NCBI GenBank assembly: GCA_965204755.1
Contig: OZ242011.1
Span: 448,001 to 512,000 of the forward strand
Reading direction: 5' to 3'
Origin: Candidatus Marinacidobacterium sp.
Lineage (GTDB): Bacteria; Acidobacteriota; Vicinamibacteria; Marinacidobacterales; Marinacidobacteraceae
Length of the DNA stretch: 64,000 bases
Shown: positions 47,122-58,257 of the stretch, one piece after another
How positions within the stretch are numbered: position 1 is the first letter of the stretch
How the letters are laid out: every line of letters begins with the position of its first letter
The notes under the pieces: generated by a model
What the model was told of the DNA's origin: nothing
The model's input: the letters and a program-made list of their open reading frames with translations, nothing else
Databases searched by the model: none
Position numbers and translations under genes: made by a program

Positions 47122-50100
47122 CTACTCCTCCTCCGCGACCACGACGGCGGGGACGCCGAGGGACGCTACGCGGGCGTTGAACGGCGCCAAGTGTTCGCCG
47201 AGGGCGGAGGCGAGGTCGGAGTGGATGGCGTCGAGTTCGGGTTTCAGGTCGTCGTATCGTTCGTAGGCGCCGGCGGTGGGTTGGTGGTCGCCCTGGACGA
47301 TGTAGCCGTAGAGGGTGACCAACTGGTTGTCGATCTGCGGCGGGAAGTTGATCGGGTCCTGGCTGGACTTGCTGTTGGTCTGGGTGATCGTTTCCTCGAT
47401 CTCGGTGAGGCGGTCGGTGAGGGCCTTGCTCAGGGTCCCGAGTTCCTCGTCGTCCTTCCCGGCCTTCTTCAGCCGGGCGACGATGTCGCCGGCCTGCGAC
47501 TTCACTTCGCGGACGCGGGTCAGCGCGGCGAAGAGTTTCTCGATCTCGCCGCCCACGGTTTCGCCGAGTTCCGCCTGCTTCGCCAAGTCGTCGGCGGTGG
47601 CGGAGACATTCGGGTGGATCGCCACCTCCAGCATCTCGGTGCGGGTTTCGTCGCCGACGGTCAGGCGGACCTCGTAGGTTCCCGGCAACACCGACCGGCC
47701 CGGAGTGCCGCCCCAGTGCACCACGCCCGCCGGACGCTCGATGCGCTCGCCGCGGAGGTTCCAGCGGAAGGTGTTCGCGCCCTTCGCCGCCGGCAGCCGG
47801 GCCGGGGCGCCGCCGCCGAAGAAGGCGGCGAACGGGGAAACCGGCCCGGACGCCGGCGCCGCGCCGGGCTGGCCGGTGACCTTGCGCACGGTTTCGCCGG
47901 ACGAGTCCACGATCTCCAGGGTGATCGCCGCCTCGGGCTCTTCCTTCAGGTGGTAGTGGATCTCCGCCGCGCCGCCGAAGCCGCCCCGGTAGGCCTTCCT
48001 CGGGGCGTAGAGCACCGACGCCGCCGCCACCGCTTCGTCGGTCAACTGGTGGAGCGGGGTGAGGTCGTCGAGGATCCAGAACGACCGGCCCTGGGTCGAG
48101 ACGACCAGGTCCTGCCGATGCACCTGCAGGTCGGTGACCGGGGTCACCGGGAGGTTGTTCTGGAACCGCTGCCAGTGCGCGCCGTCGTCGAAGGAGAGGT
48201 AGAGGCCGAACTCGGTTCCGGCGTAGAGGAGGCCCTTCCGGTCCGGGTCTTCGCGGATCGCCCGCGTGGGGTGCGTCGGCGGTATCCCGTTCGTCCCGTC
48301 GGTCAGCAACTCCCAGTCCGCGCCGGCGTTGTCGGTGCGGAAGATGTACGGACGGAAGTCGTTCTCCCGGTAGCGGTACACCGCGATGAGGGCGCGCGCC
48401 GGGTCGTGGGCGGAGAGTTCGATCGCGTTCACCGTTCCGCCTTCGGGCATGTCGGCGGGAGTGATCTCCGTCCAGGTCGCGCCCCGGTCGCGGGAGAGAT
48501 GCATCCGGCCGTCGTCGCTCCCGGCCCACAACTCGCCGGCGGTATGCGGCGATTCCTCGAACGAGAACACCGTGTTGTACACCTCGACCCCGGTGTTGTC
48601 GCGGGTGATCGGCCCCCCGGCGTAGTCCTGGTGTTCGGGGTCGTTCGTGGTGAGGTCGGGGCTGACCACCGTCCAACTCTGCCCCTGATCGCCGGACATA
48701 TGCACCACCTGCGAAGCGTGGTAGAGGATGTCCGGGTCGTGCGGCGAGAGGCGGATGGGGGCGTTCCACTGGAACCGGTACTTGAGGTCGCGCGCCGCCT
48801 GTCCGAGTTGCAGTTGGGGGTAGTGGAGGATCTGCCGGTATTCCCCGGTCTTGCGGTTCACCCGGCTGATGCTGCCGCCGTAGCAGCCGGCGTAGATGAT
48901 GTCCGGGTCGCGCGGATCCACCGCGATGTGACCGCTCTCGCAGCCGCCGACCGAATACCAGTCGGGCACTACGCCGAAACCGCCGCGGGACGGCACCGAG
49001 ATCGTGCTGTTGTCCTGCTGCGAGCCGTAGATGCGGTAGGGCCACTGGTCGTCCACGAAGACGCGGTAGATCTCCGCGGTCTCCTGGTTCCGCTGGCCGG
49101 TCCAACTCTTCCCGCCGTCGAAGGAGACATTCGCGCCGCCGTCGTTGGCGTTGATCATGTTCATCGGGTCGTCCGGGTTGATCCACAGGTCGTGGTTGTC
49201 GCCGTGCGGCACCCGGATGCGCTCCGGGAAAGTGCGGCCGCCGTCTATGGACTTGTGGAAGCCCACATTCAGGCCGTACACCGTGTTCTCGTCACGCGGG
49301 TCGGCGAAGATGTGGATGTAGTACCAGGGGCGCTGGCGGAGGTTCGCGTCGCCGTTGATCCGGCTCCAGGTGTCGCCGCCGTCGTCCGACCGGTAGAGCC
49401 CGCCTTCGTCGCCTTCCTTTTCGATGAGCGCCCAGATCCGGTTCGAGTTCGCCGGGGAGATGGCGATCGCGGTCTTGCCGATGAGTCCTTCGGTGGGCAG
49501 GCCGCCTTCGACCCGGCTCCAGTTGTCGCCGCCGTCGGCGCTGCGGTAGATGCCGCCGTCTTCGCTGCCGGAGATCATCGTCCAGGGCTTCCGCTCCGCC
49601 CGCCAGGCGCCGGCGTAGAGGATGCGCGGGTTGTTCGGGTCCATCTGGATGTCCACCACGCCGGTGCGGTCGGAGAGGAAGAACACCTTTTCCCAGGTGG
49701 CGCCGCCGTCCTTCGTGCGGAAGACGCCGCGCTCCTCGTTCGGCCCGAAGATGTGCCCGAGCGCCGCGGCGTACGCCACATCCGGGTCCTCCGGATGCAC
49801 CGCCAGCGAGCCGATCTGCCCGGCCTGGCGCAGGCCGATGTGCGTCCAGGTCTTGCCGGCGTCGGTGGAGCGGTAGATGCCGTCGCCCACCGAGATGTTG
49901 CCGCGGGGACACGCGGAACCGGTGCCCACATAGACCACATTCGGGTCGGAGGGCGCCACCGCGATCGAGCCGACGGCGCCGACTCCGAGGAATCCGTCGG
50001 TGACATTCGTCCAACTGTGGCCGGCGTCGGCGGTCTTGAAGACGCCGCCGCCGGTTCCGCCGAAGTAGTAGGTCAGCGGGTCGCCGGGAACGCCCACCGC

Positions 50101-50286
50101 CGCGGTGGACCTCCCGCCCCGGGTGAACCCGACGGCGCGGAACTCCATTCCCTCGTAGTACTCCGGAGGGACGGTGACATTCGCCTCGTCGAAGCGCTCG
50201 TCGTAGTCGCGGTGACTGCCCTGCGAAAACGCGAGCGGGGCGGCGCCGAGCGCCGCGAGCAGGAGCGGGAGGGTTCGAAAGTGCAT
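47122..50286 (-). CDS. Secreted VPS10/BNR-repeat glycosyl hydrolase-like protein (paralog)
   Basis: BNR repeats, QQDNS, GTEFG, STQGRSFWILDD; signal peptide. Confidence 0.85.
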   Translation of the reverse strand: MHFRTLPLLLAALGAAPLAFSQGSHRDYDERFDEANVTVPPEYYEGMEFRAVGFTRGGRSTAAVGVPGDPLTYYFGGTGGGVFKTADAGHSWTNVTDGFLGVGAVGSIAVAPSDPNVVYVGTGSACPRGNISVGDGIYRSTDAGKTWTHIGLRQAGQIGSLAVHPEDPDVAYAAALGHIFGPNEERGVFRTKDGGATWEKVFFLSDRTGVVDIQMDPNNPRILYAGAWRAERKPWTMISGSEDGGIYRSADGGDNWSRVEGGLPTEGLIGKTAIAISPANSNRIWALIEKEGDEGGLYRSDDGGDTWSRINGDANLRQRPWYYIHIFADPRDENTVYGLNVGFHKSIDGGRTFPERIRVPHGDNHDLWINPDDPMNMINANDGGANVSFDGGKSWTGQRNQETAEIYRVFVDDQWPYRIYGSQQDNSTISVPSRGGFGVVPDWYSVGGCESGHIAVDPRDPDIIYAGCYGGSISRVNRKTGEYRQILHYPQLQLGQAARDLKYRFQWNAPIRLSPHDPDILYHASQVVHMSGDQGQSWTVVSPDLTTNDPEHQDYAGGPITRDNTGVEVYNTVFSFEESPHTAGELWAGSDDGRMHLSRDRGATWTEITPADMPEGGTVNAIELSAHDPARALIAVYRYRENDFRPYIFRTDNAGADWELLTDGTNGIPPTHPTRAIREDPDRKGLLYAGTEFGLYLSFDDGAHWQRFQNNLPVTPVTDLQVHRQDLVVSTQGRSFWILDDLTPLHQLTDEAVAAASVLYAPRKAYRGGFGGAAEIHYHLKEEPEAAITLEIVDSSGETVRKVTGQPGAAPASGPVSPFAAFFGGGAPARLPAAKGANTFRWNLRGERIERPAGVVHWGGTPGRSVLPGTYEVRLTVGDETRTEMLEVAIHPNVSATADDLAKQAELGETVGGEIEKLFAALTRVREVKSQAGDIVARLKKAGKDDEELGTLSKALTDRLTEIEETITQTNSKSSQDPINFPPQIDNQLVTLYGYIVQGDHQPTAGAYERYDDLKPELDAIHSDLASALGEHLAPFNARVASLGVPAVVVAEEE

Positions 50287-50368
50287 CACGGACTCCATCG
50301 GTGGAAGGAGGAGGAAGAGAGTCGGGGGCGAAACATGATATCCGGCGCGCCGGGCGCCGTGGAACGGG

Positions 50369-51397
50369 TCAATCGTCCGCGTCTTCGGCGGCCGAATCCG
50401 GCTCCTGGAAGGCGACGACTTCGGCCAGCGTTCCGGCGCCGAGGGCCGCCATCACCACGCGGTCCACGCCGAGGGCCACGCCCGAGCAACGCGGCAGTCC
50501 GCCTTCCGAAAGCGCGGCGAGGAATGCAGGATCCGGCTGCCGTTCCGGAAGACCCGCGTTCCGCCGCGCCCGGTTTTCGGCGGCGAAGCGGCGGCGGTGT
50601 TCGTCGGGGGATTGCAACTCGTCGTAGCCGTTCGCCAGTTCCAGCCCGGCGAAGAACGCCTCGAACCGCTCGGCGGTGCGCCGGTCGTCGTCCGAGAGAC
50701 GCGCGAGGGCGGCGAGCGGCGCCGGGTAGCGGGTCACGAAGACCGGCGCATCGCGCGGCAGGCCGGGCTCGACCGAGCGGGCGAAGAGGTAGTCGAGCGC
50801 CCCCGCCCGATCGGAGTCGCCTCCGTCCGGACACCCCTCCGCGCGGGCGGCGCGCCGGAGGTCGTCGTCGGAAGCGGCGAGCGGGTCGAGCCCGACAGCC
50901 GCCTCGAACACCTCCCGGTAAGTCGTCGTCACCGCCGGCGGCGAGCCGAGCAGGTGGGAGAGAAGCAGGTCCATTTCCCGCAGGAGGCCCGCGAGCGGCC
51001 CCGGGCGGTACCACTCGGCGATGGTGAACTCGACGGCGTGGCGGCGGCCGCTCTCGCCTCCGCGAAATGCCTTGACGACCTGGTAGATGGGGCCGCTCCC
51101 GGCGGTCAGCAGCCGCTTCATCGGGAACTCCGGGGAGGTATGGAGGAAGCCGCCGCCGGCCGGCACGCTCTCGAGGTGCCGGTCGGGAACCGCGTGGCGG
51201 CCGAGGATCGGCGTTTCCACTTCCAGGTAACCGCGCGCTTCGAGGAAACCGCGCAGGCGGCGGACGATCTCCGCGCGGCGGCGAAGGTGTTCGAGCGGCG
51301 CGCTCGGCCGCCATTCGGAAGACGCGGGAACGGAGGCCGCGCCGACGGAGTCAGCCGCCGTCGGCCCGCCGCCTCGGGCGGCGGCAGGCGAGGTCAG
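50369..51397 (-). CDS. epmA: EF-P lysine aminoacylase EpmA (GenX/PoxA)
   Basis: [45 protein letters not shown]; lacks an anticodon domain; follows efp. Start approximate. Confidence 0.9.
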   Translation of the reverse strand: MTSPAAARGGGPTAADSVGAASVPASSEWRPSAPLEHLRRRAEIVRRLRGFLEARGYLEVETPILGRHAVPDRHLESVPAGGGFLHTSPEFPMKRLLTAGSGPIYQVVKAFRGGESGRRHAVEFTIAEWYRPGPLAGLLREMDLLLSHLLGSPPAVTTTYREVFEAAVGLDPLAASDDDLRRAARAEGCPDGGDSDRAGALDYLFARSVEPGLPRDAPVFVTRYPAPLAALARLSDDDRRTAERFEAFFAGLELANGYDELQSPDEHRRRFAAENRARRNAGLPERQPDPAFLAALSEGGLPRCSGVALGVDRVVMAALGAGTLAEVVAFQEPDSAAEDADD

Positions 51398-51966
51398 GTC
51401 TTGACCCGCGCCACATACGCCCCGGTGCGCGTGTCGAGGCGCAGGACTTCGTCCACTTCGACGAACAGCGGGACGCGCACCACCGCGCCGGTTTCCAGCG
51501 TCGCGTTCTTGGAACCGCCGCTGGCGGTATCCCCCCGGATTCCCGGCTCGGTCTCCACCACCTTCAACTCGACGAACTGCGGCGGGTTCACCAGCAGCAC
51601 CGCGTCGTTGTAGAGGGTCACCGCGCACTGCATCCCCTGCCGGATCCACTTGGCGCCGTCGCCGAGCGCCGAAGCGCCCGCCGAGAACTGTTCGTAGGTC
51701 TTCGGGTCCATGAAGTGCCATTCCCCGCCGTCGCTGTACAGGAACTGCATCTCCGTGTCCATGACATCGGCGGCCGGCGCCTTTTCGCCCGACTTGAGCG
51801 TCTTGTCGAGCACGCGCCCGGTCTTCAGGTTGCGGTAGCGGATGCGCGTGAACGCCTGCCCCTTTCCCGGTTTCACGAACTCGCAGTCGAGCAGGACGCA
51901 GGGGTCGCCGTCGAGCAGCACCTTGAGCCCGGCGCGGAACTCGTTCGTCTGGTAGGTATCGGCCAA
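51394..51966 (-). CDS. efp: Elongation factor P
   Basis: KPGKGQAF, PGIRGDTA, LETG..VPLF, DTRTG.Y; TTG start. Confidence 0.95.
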   Translation of the reverse strand: MADTYQTNEFRAGLKVLLDGDPCVLLDCEFVKPGKGQAFTRIRYRNLKTGRVLDKTLKSGEKAPAADVMDTEMQFLYSDGGEWHFMDPKTYEQFSAGASALGDGAKWIRQGMQCAVTLYNDAVLLVNPPQFVELKVVETEPGIRGDTASGGSKNATLETGAVVRVPLFVEVDEVLRLDTRTGAYVARVKT

Positions 51967-51992
51967 GAGACTCTCCTCGGGGCTTTTCCGGG

Positions 51993-53243
51993 TCACACCT
52001 CGGTCAGCAGGTGGCCCATGCGTTCCTTCTTGGTGCGCAGGTAGTCGCGGGAATGCTCGGTCGCCGGCACCTCGATCGGCACGCGGCCGGCGATCTCCAG
52101 CCCGTGCGCTTCGAGGGCGACGAACTTCCGCGGGTTGTTCGTGAGCAGCCGGATGCGGCCGACCCCGAGTGCGCGGAGGATCTGCGCGCCGACGCCGTAC
52201 TCCCGCTGGTCGGCGCGAAACCCCAAGTGGTGGTTCGCCTCCACGGTATCCATGCCGTCGTCCTGCGCGGCGTAGGCCCGCAGTTTGTTCACGAGGCCGA
52301 TCCCCCTCCCCTCCTGGTTCAGGTAGAGGAGCACGCCGGCCCCTTCCTCCCCGATCCGGGCGAGCGCCGCTTCGAGTTGCGGGCCGCAGTCGCAGCGCAG
52401 CGAACCGAACACTTCGCCGGTCAGACATTGGCTGTGCACCCGGACGAGCGCCGGTTCCTCGGGCCGCGCCTCGCCGAGTTGCAGCACCAGGTGTTTCGCG
52501 CCGTCGAGGGTGTTCTCGAAGGCCAGCGTGCGGAAAGTCCCGAACCGGGTGGGGAGCACCGTTTCCGCGAGCCTCCTCACCAGGGATTCGGTGCGCAGCC
52601 GGTGGCGGATCAGGTCGGCGACGCTCACGATGCCGATCCCGTGGCGGTCGGCGAACGCCTCGAGGTCCGGGAGCCGCGCCATCGAACCGTCCTCGTTCAT
52701 GACCTCGCAGATCACCGCCGCCGGCTCGAGACCGGCCAGGCGCGCCAGGTCCACGCCCGCCTCCGTCTGGCCGGCGCGCTGCAGCACGCCGCCGGGGCGG
52801 GAGCGCAGCGGGAACACATGACCGGGGCGCACCAGGTCGCCGGGCTCGGTGCCTCCGGCGATGGCCACCCGCACCGTACGCGCGCGGTCCGCAGCCGAGA
52901 TTCCGGTGGTTACGCCGTGTTTCGCCTCGACGGAAACGCAGAACGCGGTCTCGTGCACCGAGGTGTTGTCCCGCACCATGAGCGGGATTTCCAGGGCGTC
53001 CAGCCGCTCCGGCGTCATCGGCATGCAGATGAGGCCCCGCCCGTGGGTCGCCATGAAGTTGATCGCGTCGGGCGTGACTTTCGACGCGGCGATCGTCAGG
53101 TCCCCTTCGTTCTCCCGGTCCTCGTCGTCCACCACGATGACCATGCGGCCGGCGGCGATCGCCGCCACCGCCGCCTCCACCGACAGGAACGGGCCGGAGG
53201 AGCCCCTTCCGGCGTCGGGCGGTTCGGGTTCGGCGGGGCTCAT
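51993..53243 (-). CDS. ribBA: Bifunctional DHBP synthase / GTP cyclohydrolase II
   Basis: [45 protein letters not shown]. Confidence 0.95.
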   Translation of the reverse strand: MSPAEPEPPDAGRGSSGPFLSVEAAVAAIAAGRMVIVVDDEDRENEGDLTIAASKVTPDAINFMATHGRGLICMPMTPERLDALEIPLMVRDNTSVHETAFCVSVEAKHGVTTGISAADRARTVRVAIAGGTEPGDLVRPGHVFPLRSRPGGVLQRAGQTEAGVDLARLAGLEPAAVICEVMNEDGSMARLPDLEAFADRHGIGIVSVADLIRHRLRTESLVRRLAETVLPTRFGTFRTLAFENTLDGAKHLVLQLGEARPEEPALVRVHSQCLTGEVFGSLRCDCGPQLEAALARIGEEGAGVLLYLNQEGRGIGLVNKLRAYAAQDDGMDTVEANHHLGFRADQREYGVGAQILRALGVGRIRLLTNNPRKFVALEAHGLEIAGRVPIEVPATEHSRDYLRTKKERMGHLLTEV

Positions 53244-53330
53244 GTGCGGGGGGATCGCGGCGGCGCGGGAGCGCGGGCGCGAAACCGGCAATTCTACCGA
53301 CCCCGGGCGCGATCCCCCGACCGCGGGAAG

Positions 53331-53945
53331 TCAGTCCCGGGGGCGGGCGTACTTCGCCAGGATGTCGTATTCCAGGTTCACCCGGCCGCCGGGGCGGAGG
53401 CGCCCCAAGGTGGTTTCCCGGCGCGTGTGCGGGATCAACATCACTTCGAACTCGCGGGAGGCGGGGAGCGACTTCGCCACGGTGAGGCTCACGCCGTCGA
53501 GCGCCACCGAGCCCTTCTCGACGATCCACTCCGGCGCCGGGTGGCGGACGAGGAGCCGGTAGTCCCCGTCGGGGCCTCCCGCCGCCCGCACCTCGCCGAC
53601 CGTGTCCACATGCCCCTGGACGAAGTGGCCGCCCAGCCGGTCCGACGCCCGCAGCGGCAGTTCCAGGTTCACCGCCGCCCCCGCCGCCAGCGCGCCCAGG
53701 GTGGAGCGGGCGAGCGTCTCCACCGCGACCTCGAACGCCGCCTCCCCTCCGCCGTCGCTGCTGCTGCTGCCGCCGCCGCCGGGCCCGACCACGGTGAGGC
53801 AGACGCCGGCGACCGCCACGCTGTCGCCGACCGCCGACTCCGCGAGGAACCCCTCCGGCCCCCGCACCGCCAGCCGCGCCCCCCCGCCGGCGAGCGGCGC
53901 CCGCTCGACGACTTCCCCGACGGCGGCGACGAGTCCGGTGAACAC
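53331..53945 (-). CDS. ribE: Riboflavin synthase alpha chain
   Basis: (M)FTGLV, GVCLT, LGGHFVQGHVD, KGSVALDGVSLT, VNLE.D...KY. Confidence 0.95.
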   Translation of the reverse strand: MFTGLVAAVGEVVERAPLAGGGARLAVRGPEGFLAESAVGDSVAVAGVCLTVVGPGGGGSSSSDGGGEAAFEVAVETLARSTLGALAAGAAVNLELPLRASDRLGGHFVQGHVDTVGEVRAAGGPDGDYRLLVRHPAPEWIVEKGSVALDGVSLTVAKSLPASREFEVMLIPHTRRETTLGRLRPGGRVNLEYDILAKYARPRD

Positions 53946-54055
53946 GGGAGCGGGAGATTGCCGCCGCCGAAGGCGGAACGCAAGGCCCGCCGGGCCGCTC
54001 GAATACCCCGGCGTCCGGGCGGCGAACCGCGGCCCTTCCCCGTACGATCCCCCCG

Positions 54056-55282
54056 ATGGACGAACGGTTCCTCCGGCGGGCGCTGGAACTGGCCGCGCTC
54101 GGCCGCTACACCGCGCCGCCGAACCCGGCTGTCGGAGCGGTACTGGTACGCGACGGCCGCGTCCTCGCCGAAGCGTTCCACGCCCGCGCCGGGGGGCCGC
54201 ACGCCGAAGCGCAGGTCCTCCGCGTGGGCGCCGCCGCCCGGGGCGCGACCCTGTTCGTGAACCTCGAACCATGCTGCCATGTGGGCCGGACGCCCCCCTG
54301 CGCCGAGCGGATCATCGCCGCCGGCGTCTCCCGGGTGGTCGCCGCCCACGCCGACCCCGACCCCCGCGTCCAGGGCGGCGGCCTGGCGCTGCTGCGGCGG
54401 CACGGCGTCCCGGTGAGCGTCGGCCTGCTCGAAAGCGAGGCGAAGGAGTTGAACCGCCCGTTCTTCAAGTACCTGGAAACCGGCCTCCCCTGGGTGACGG
54501 TGAAGGCCGCCGTCTCGGTGGACGGGGTCATGGCCCCGCCGGGGACGAAGTGGATCACCCGGCCCGGGGCCCGTCGGCACGGCCGGGTGCTCCGTCGGGA
54601 GAACGAAGCCCTCCTCACCGGCATCGCCACGGTGCTGGCGGACGACCCGCAACTCACGCCCCGCCCCCGCCGCGGCGCCGGGCGCCTCCTCCGCATCGTC
54701 CTCGACCCGCTGGCCCGGACCCCGCCGGAGGCCCGCCTGTTCCGGGGAGCGGAGCGCGACCCGGTGCTGGTGCTGGTCGGCCCGGACGCCCCCGCCGGGG
54801 CGCGGCGGCGGCTCGAGGACCGCGGCGCCGAAGTGCTCCCGATCCCCCCGGCGAATCCCCCTTCCCGCCGCGCTCCCGCTCCCGGTCCCGGTCCCGGTTC
54901 CGGTCCCGATGGCGCGACCCGCGCTCCCGGCGCCCCCGGCCGGGCCCTCTCCCTCCGCGCCGCGCTCGCCGCGGTCGGCGGCCGGGGCGTCCGCACCCTG
55001 CTGGTGGAGGCCGGCCCGCGGCTCACCTCGTCCCTGCTGCGGGAAGGCCTGGCCGACCGGCTGCTCCTCTACCTGGCGCCGAAGTTCCTGGGCCGGGGCG
55101 AGGGCAGCGGCCTCTTCGACGGCGCCGCGCCGACGAACGCCGGCGGCCCCGCCCCCCCGCGCGCGCAGCCGACCCCGGCGAGCGCCCGCTACGCCCGGCT
55201 CGGCCCGGACCTCCTCGCGGACTTCCGCCTCACCGACGCCGCGCCGACCGACCCCCCGCGTCCGCCCGCCCCCCGGCCCTGA
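54056..55282 (+). CDS. ribD: Riboflavin biosynthesis deaminase/reductase RibD
   Basis: PNP.VG, HAE, LEPCCH.GRTPPC, DPDP, SVDG, DDPQLT, LVEAG. Confidence 0.93.
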   Translation: MDERFLRRALELAALGRYTAPPNPAVGAVLVRDGRVLAEAFHARAGGPHAEAQVLRVGAAARGATLFVNLEPCCHVGRTPPCAERIIAAGVSRVVAAHADPDPRVQGGGLALLRRHGVPVSVGLLESEAKELNRPFFKYLETGLPWVTVKAAVSVDGVMAPPGTKWITRPGARRHGRVLRRENEALLTGIATVLADDPQLTPRPRRGAGRLLRIVLDPLARTPPEARLFRGAERDPVLVLVGPDAPAGARRRLEDRGAEVLPIPPANPPSRRAPAPGPGPGSGPDGATRAPGAPGRALSLRAALAAVGGRGVRTLLVEAGPRLTSSLLREGLADRLLLYLAPKFLGRGEGSGLFDGAAPTNAGGPAPPRAQPTPASARYARLGPDLLADFRLTDAAPTDPPRPPAPRP

Positions 55283-55341
55283 CCCCGACCCGGGGGCCGC
55301 CGCAGCGCGCTATCCGGGCGCCGGGATGACGCGGTGCCGCC

Positions 55342-55656
55342 TCAGGTGAACCTGAGCGCGGCGAACATGAGGCCGACGATGGCGAGGAAGGTCACCAGTT
55401 GCCGGTTCATCACCGAACTCATCTCCGAGCGCAACGCGGCGACCTCCGTGCGCAACTCGGCGATCTTGATGTCCATCCTCGCGGACAACTCGATCCGCAA
55501 GCCCTCGATGCCCTTCTCCACGCGTTCGATGTCCGCTTTCGTGGCCAAGCCGCTTCCCGCTTGGGAGACCAGCGTCACGACGGCTTGCGCCTGCGAAGCG
55601 CCGAAGCCTTCCTTCTCGAGTCGGCGGGTGGCTTCGAGGGCGTCAACGGGCGGCAT
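55342..55656 (-). CDS. DUF1640/CCDC90-like coiled-coil membrane-anchored protein, copy a
   Basis: D.L...R.L...GF...QA.A head, LATKADI, heptads and C-terminal transmembrane helix; GGAGG RBS. Confidence 0.75.
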   Translation of the reverse strand: MPPVDALEATRRLEKEGFGASQAQAVVTLVSQAGSGLATKADIERVEKGIEGLRIELSARMDIKIAELRTEVAALRSEMSSVMNRQLVTFLAIVGLMFAALRFT

Positions 55657-55920
55657 GTCGGGAAACCTCCTCGACGAGGATCACGGCCTCGTCTTCGGCA
55701 GGATCCTAGCGCGATTCCCTCGCAGCCGGAGGAACGGCGACGGCCCCCTCCCCGTCCCGCCGGGCGCGGAGGCAGCCCCCCGGCGCCCGGCCGAAACGGA
55801 CCGGTTCGGGTCGGGTCGGATCTCCTCCGCCGCGCAGGGAAACACGGGCGGGCGCCGGACGCCCGGGCCGCGCGGCCGGCTCTTCGCCGTCCGCCCGGTC
55901 GGGCGGCGGTCCCGGACCGG

Positions 55921-57066
55921 CTATTCGCGGGCGGCGCCTTCGTCCGGCGGCGGCGCGTGCTCCAGGATGTAGTCCATCAGGCTCGGAATCCCCGGCTCCC
56001 AACTCGGTATCCCCCGCGTCTTCCAGACGAAACCCAGGTGTTCGAGGGCCGCCGCGGCCTCGAGTTCGGTAGCCCGGTCCCCGACAGCCGCCGCCCGCCG
56101 GATCGCCTTCCCGAACCCGGCATGCGGGAGCCGCTCCCGGTCGCGGAATGCCAGAGCCACTTCGCGCGCCGCCCCGAGCCATCCCTGCCGGTCCAACTCG
56201 TCGAACCGGTCGAGGTAGTAGCGGTTCCGCCGGATCTCGAACTCCCCGACCGCTTCCTCCACGACCGCCATCGTCACCGCGCCCCCTCCGCCGCCGGCCC
56301 CGCGCACCCGGTCCCACACCGCCCGGCCCCACAACTGGACGAAGAACGGATACCCGTGAGTCTCCCGGACGATGCGCGCCAGCGCCTCGTCCTCGACGCC
56401 GATCCCGTCGTCGGCCAAGGGCCGGCGGATCGCCTCCTCGGCGGCCCCCTCGTCCAACCGTCCGAGCGGGAGTTGCTCCGCCCGGTTCCAGAAAGACGCT
56501 TCCATCTCGGACAACCGAGCCCGCAGGTCGGGCGTCCCGGCGAGAACCAACAGGAAGGGCGCCCGGCGGCCGGCGATCTGCGCGGCGTTCAGCAGCCACT
56601 GCCCCACCTCCGGCTTCAGCGTATGCGCCTCGTCCAACAGGATCAGCAGCGGCTTCGCCTTCGCGCGGGCCTCGAGCGCGTCCTCGAGCGGGGGGTAGTC
56701 CTCGCCTTGGCGCAAGGAGACGCCGACGCCCCCGAAGGAGATGCTGTCCGCCGAGAGTCGGTCGAACAGCGAAGAGAGTCGGAGCCGCCGCACCAAAGCC
56801 TCCGGGGCCGGAACGCTCGATCCGGTGAGCCAGCGCGCTTCGAGCCCGTCATCGCTCTCGGCCTCCCGCTCCGCCCAAGCCAGCAGGGCCGTCTTCCCGT
56901 TGCCGCGCGGCCCGTAGAGGAGGATCGGGGCGGGGACCGACTGTCCGCGTCGAAGAGCATCGAAATGGCTGCGGAACAGCGACTGCTCCTCTTCCCTTCC
57001 GGCCAAGTACGGGGGCGGAGCCCCGGTACCGGGCTGGAACGGGCCGAGTCCGGTCGAAACGGCCAT
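55921..57066 (-). CDS. AAA_16-like ATPase with winged-helix-like tail, copy 1
   Basis: PFQPG.G.PP.LAGRE, GPRGNGKT, LLDEAH, GYPFFVQLWG. Confidence 0.8.
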   Translation of the reverse strand: MAVSTGLGPFQPGTGAPPPYLAGREEEQSLFRSHFDALRRGQSVPAPILLYGPRGNGKTALLAWAEREAESDDGLEARWLTGSSVPAPEALVRRLRLSSLFDRLSADSISFGGVGVSLRQGEDYPPLEDALEARAKAKPLLILLDEAHTLKPEVGQWLLNAAQIAGRRAPFLLVLAGTPDLRARLSEMEASFWNRAEQLPLGRLDEGAAEEAIRRPLADDGIGVEDEALARIVRETHGYPFFVQLWGRAVWDRVRGAGGGGGAVTMAVVEEAVGEFEIRRNRYYLDRFDELDRQGWLGAAREVALAFRDRERLPHAGFGKAIRRAAAVGDRATELEAAAALEHLGFVWKTRGIPSWEPGIPSLMDYILEHAPPPDEGAARE

Positions 57067-57111
57067 CGCCCGCCAAGTATAGAAACGGCGAACGCCGATC
57101 GCCGCGAGCGG

Positions 57112-58257
57112 CTACGCGCCGGCGGTTTCCTCGTCGTCCGGCGGCGGCGCGTTCTCCAGGATGCAGTCCATCAGGCTGGGAATCCCCGGCTCCCAACTCA
57201 GCGTCCCCTTCGCCTGCCAGACGAAACCGAGATGTTCGAGCGCTTTGGCCGCCTCGCCGATACCCGGCCCGCCCCCGCCGCTTCGCGCGATGGCCCGGTC
57301 GAGCGCGGCGTCGCTGAGACGGGCCTCGTCCTGAAACGCCGCCGCCACCGCCCGCGCCGCCGGAAGCAGGGCCCTCTCCTTCAATTCCCGGTAGCGGTCG
57401 GAGTAGTAGCGGTTCCGCCGGATCTCGAACTCCCCGGCGGCTTCCTCCGCGACGGCCATCGTCACCGAGCCCGCTCCGCCGCCGGCCCCGCGCACCCGGT
57501 CCCACACCGCCCGGCCCCACAACTGGACGAAGAACGGATACCCGTGACTCTCCCGGACGATGTGCGCCAGCGCCTCCTCCTCGACGCCGATCCCGTCGTC
57601 GGCCAGCGGCCGGAGGATTGCCTCCCCGGCCGCCCTCTCGTCCAACCGGCCGAGCGGGAGTTGCCTGGCCCGGTTCCAGAAAGACGCTTCCATTTCGGAG
57701 AGCCGAGCCCGCAGGTCGGGCGTCCCGGCGAGGACCAGCAGGAACGGCGCCTCGCTCCCCGCCGCCTGCGCGGCGTTCAGCAACCACTGCCCCACCTCCG
57801 GCTTCAGCGTATGCGCCTCGTCCAACAGGATCAGCAGGGGTTTGGCCCTCGCGCGCGCCTCGAGCGCCTCCGCGAGCAACAACGGCCGATCGTCGCCCCG
57901 GCGCAGCGAAACCCCCACCCCGGCCACCGAGACGCTCTCCGGCGCGATCTTCCGCAGCCACGAACCGAGCCCCAGCCGCGCCACGAAGTCGCCCGGCGAC
58001 GGGATCTCCGACCCGACCAACCAATGCGCGTCCAACGCGCCGTCCGCGGCGGCCTCCCGCTTCGCCCACCGGAGCAGCGCCGTCTTCCCGTTACCCCGCG
58101 GCCCGTAGAGGAGGATTTCGCCGGACGCCGACCGGCCGCGCCGAAGAGTGTCGAAGTACCTGCGGAACAGCGTCTGCTCCTCTTCCCTTCCGGCCAGGTA
58201 GGGAGGCGGCCTCCCGGTGCCGGGCTGGAACGGGCTGAGTCGGCTCGGAACGGGCAT
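57112..58257 (-). CDS. AAA_16-like ATPase, copy 2
   Basis: Same motifs, with long identical blocks shared with copy 1. Confidence 0.8.
   Translation of the reverse strand: MPVPSRLSPFQPGTGRPPPYLAGREEEQTLFRRYFDTLRRGRSASGEILLYGPRGNGKTALLRWAKREAAADGALDAHWLVGSEIPSPGDFVARLGLGSWLRKIAPESVSVAGVGVSLRRGDDRPLLLAEALEARARAKPLLILLDEAHTLKPEVGQWLLNAAQAAGSEAPFLLVLAGTPDLRARLSEMEASFWNRARQLPLGRLDERAAGEAILRPLADDGIGVEEEALAHIVRESHGYPFFVQLWGRAVWDRVRGAGGGAGSVTMAVAEEAAGEFEIRRNRYYSDRYRELKERALLPAARAVAAAFQDEARLSDAALDRAIARSGGGGPGIGEAAKALEHLGFVWQAKGTLSWEPGIPSLMDCILENAPPPDDEETAGA

Noticed and set aside
53946-54055. FMN riboswitch in the ribE-ribD gap
   Set aside because: The gap is only 110 bp and lacks the conserved RFN motifs.
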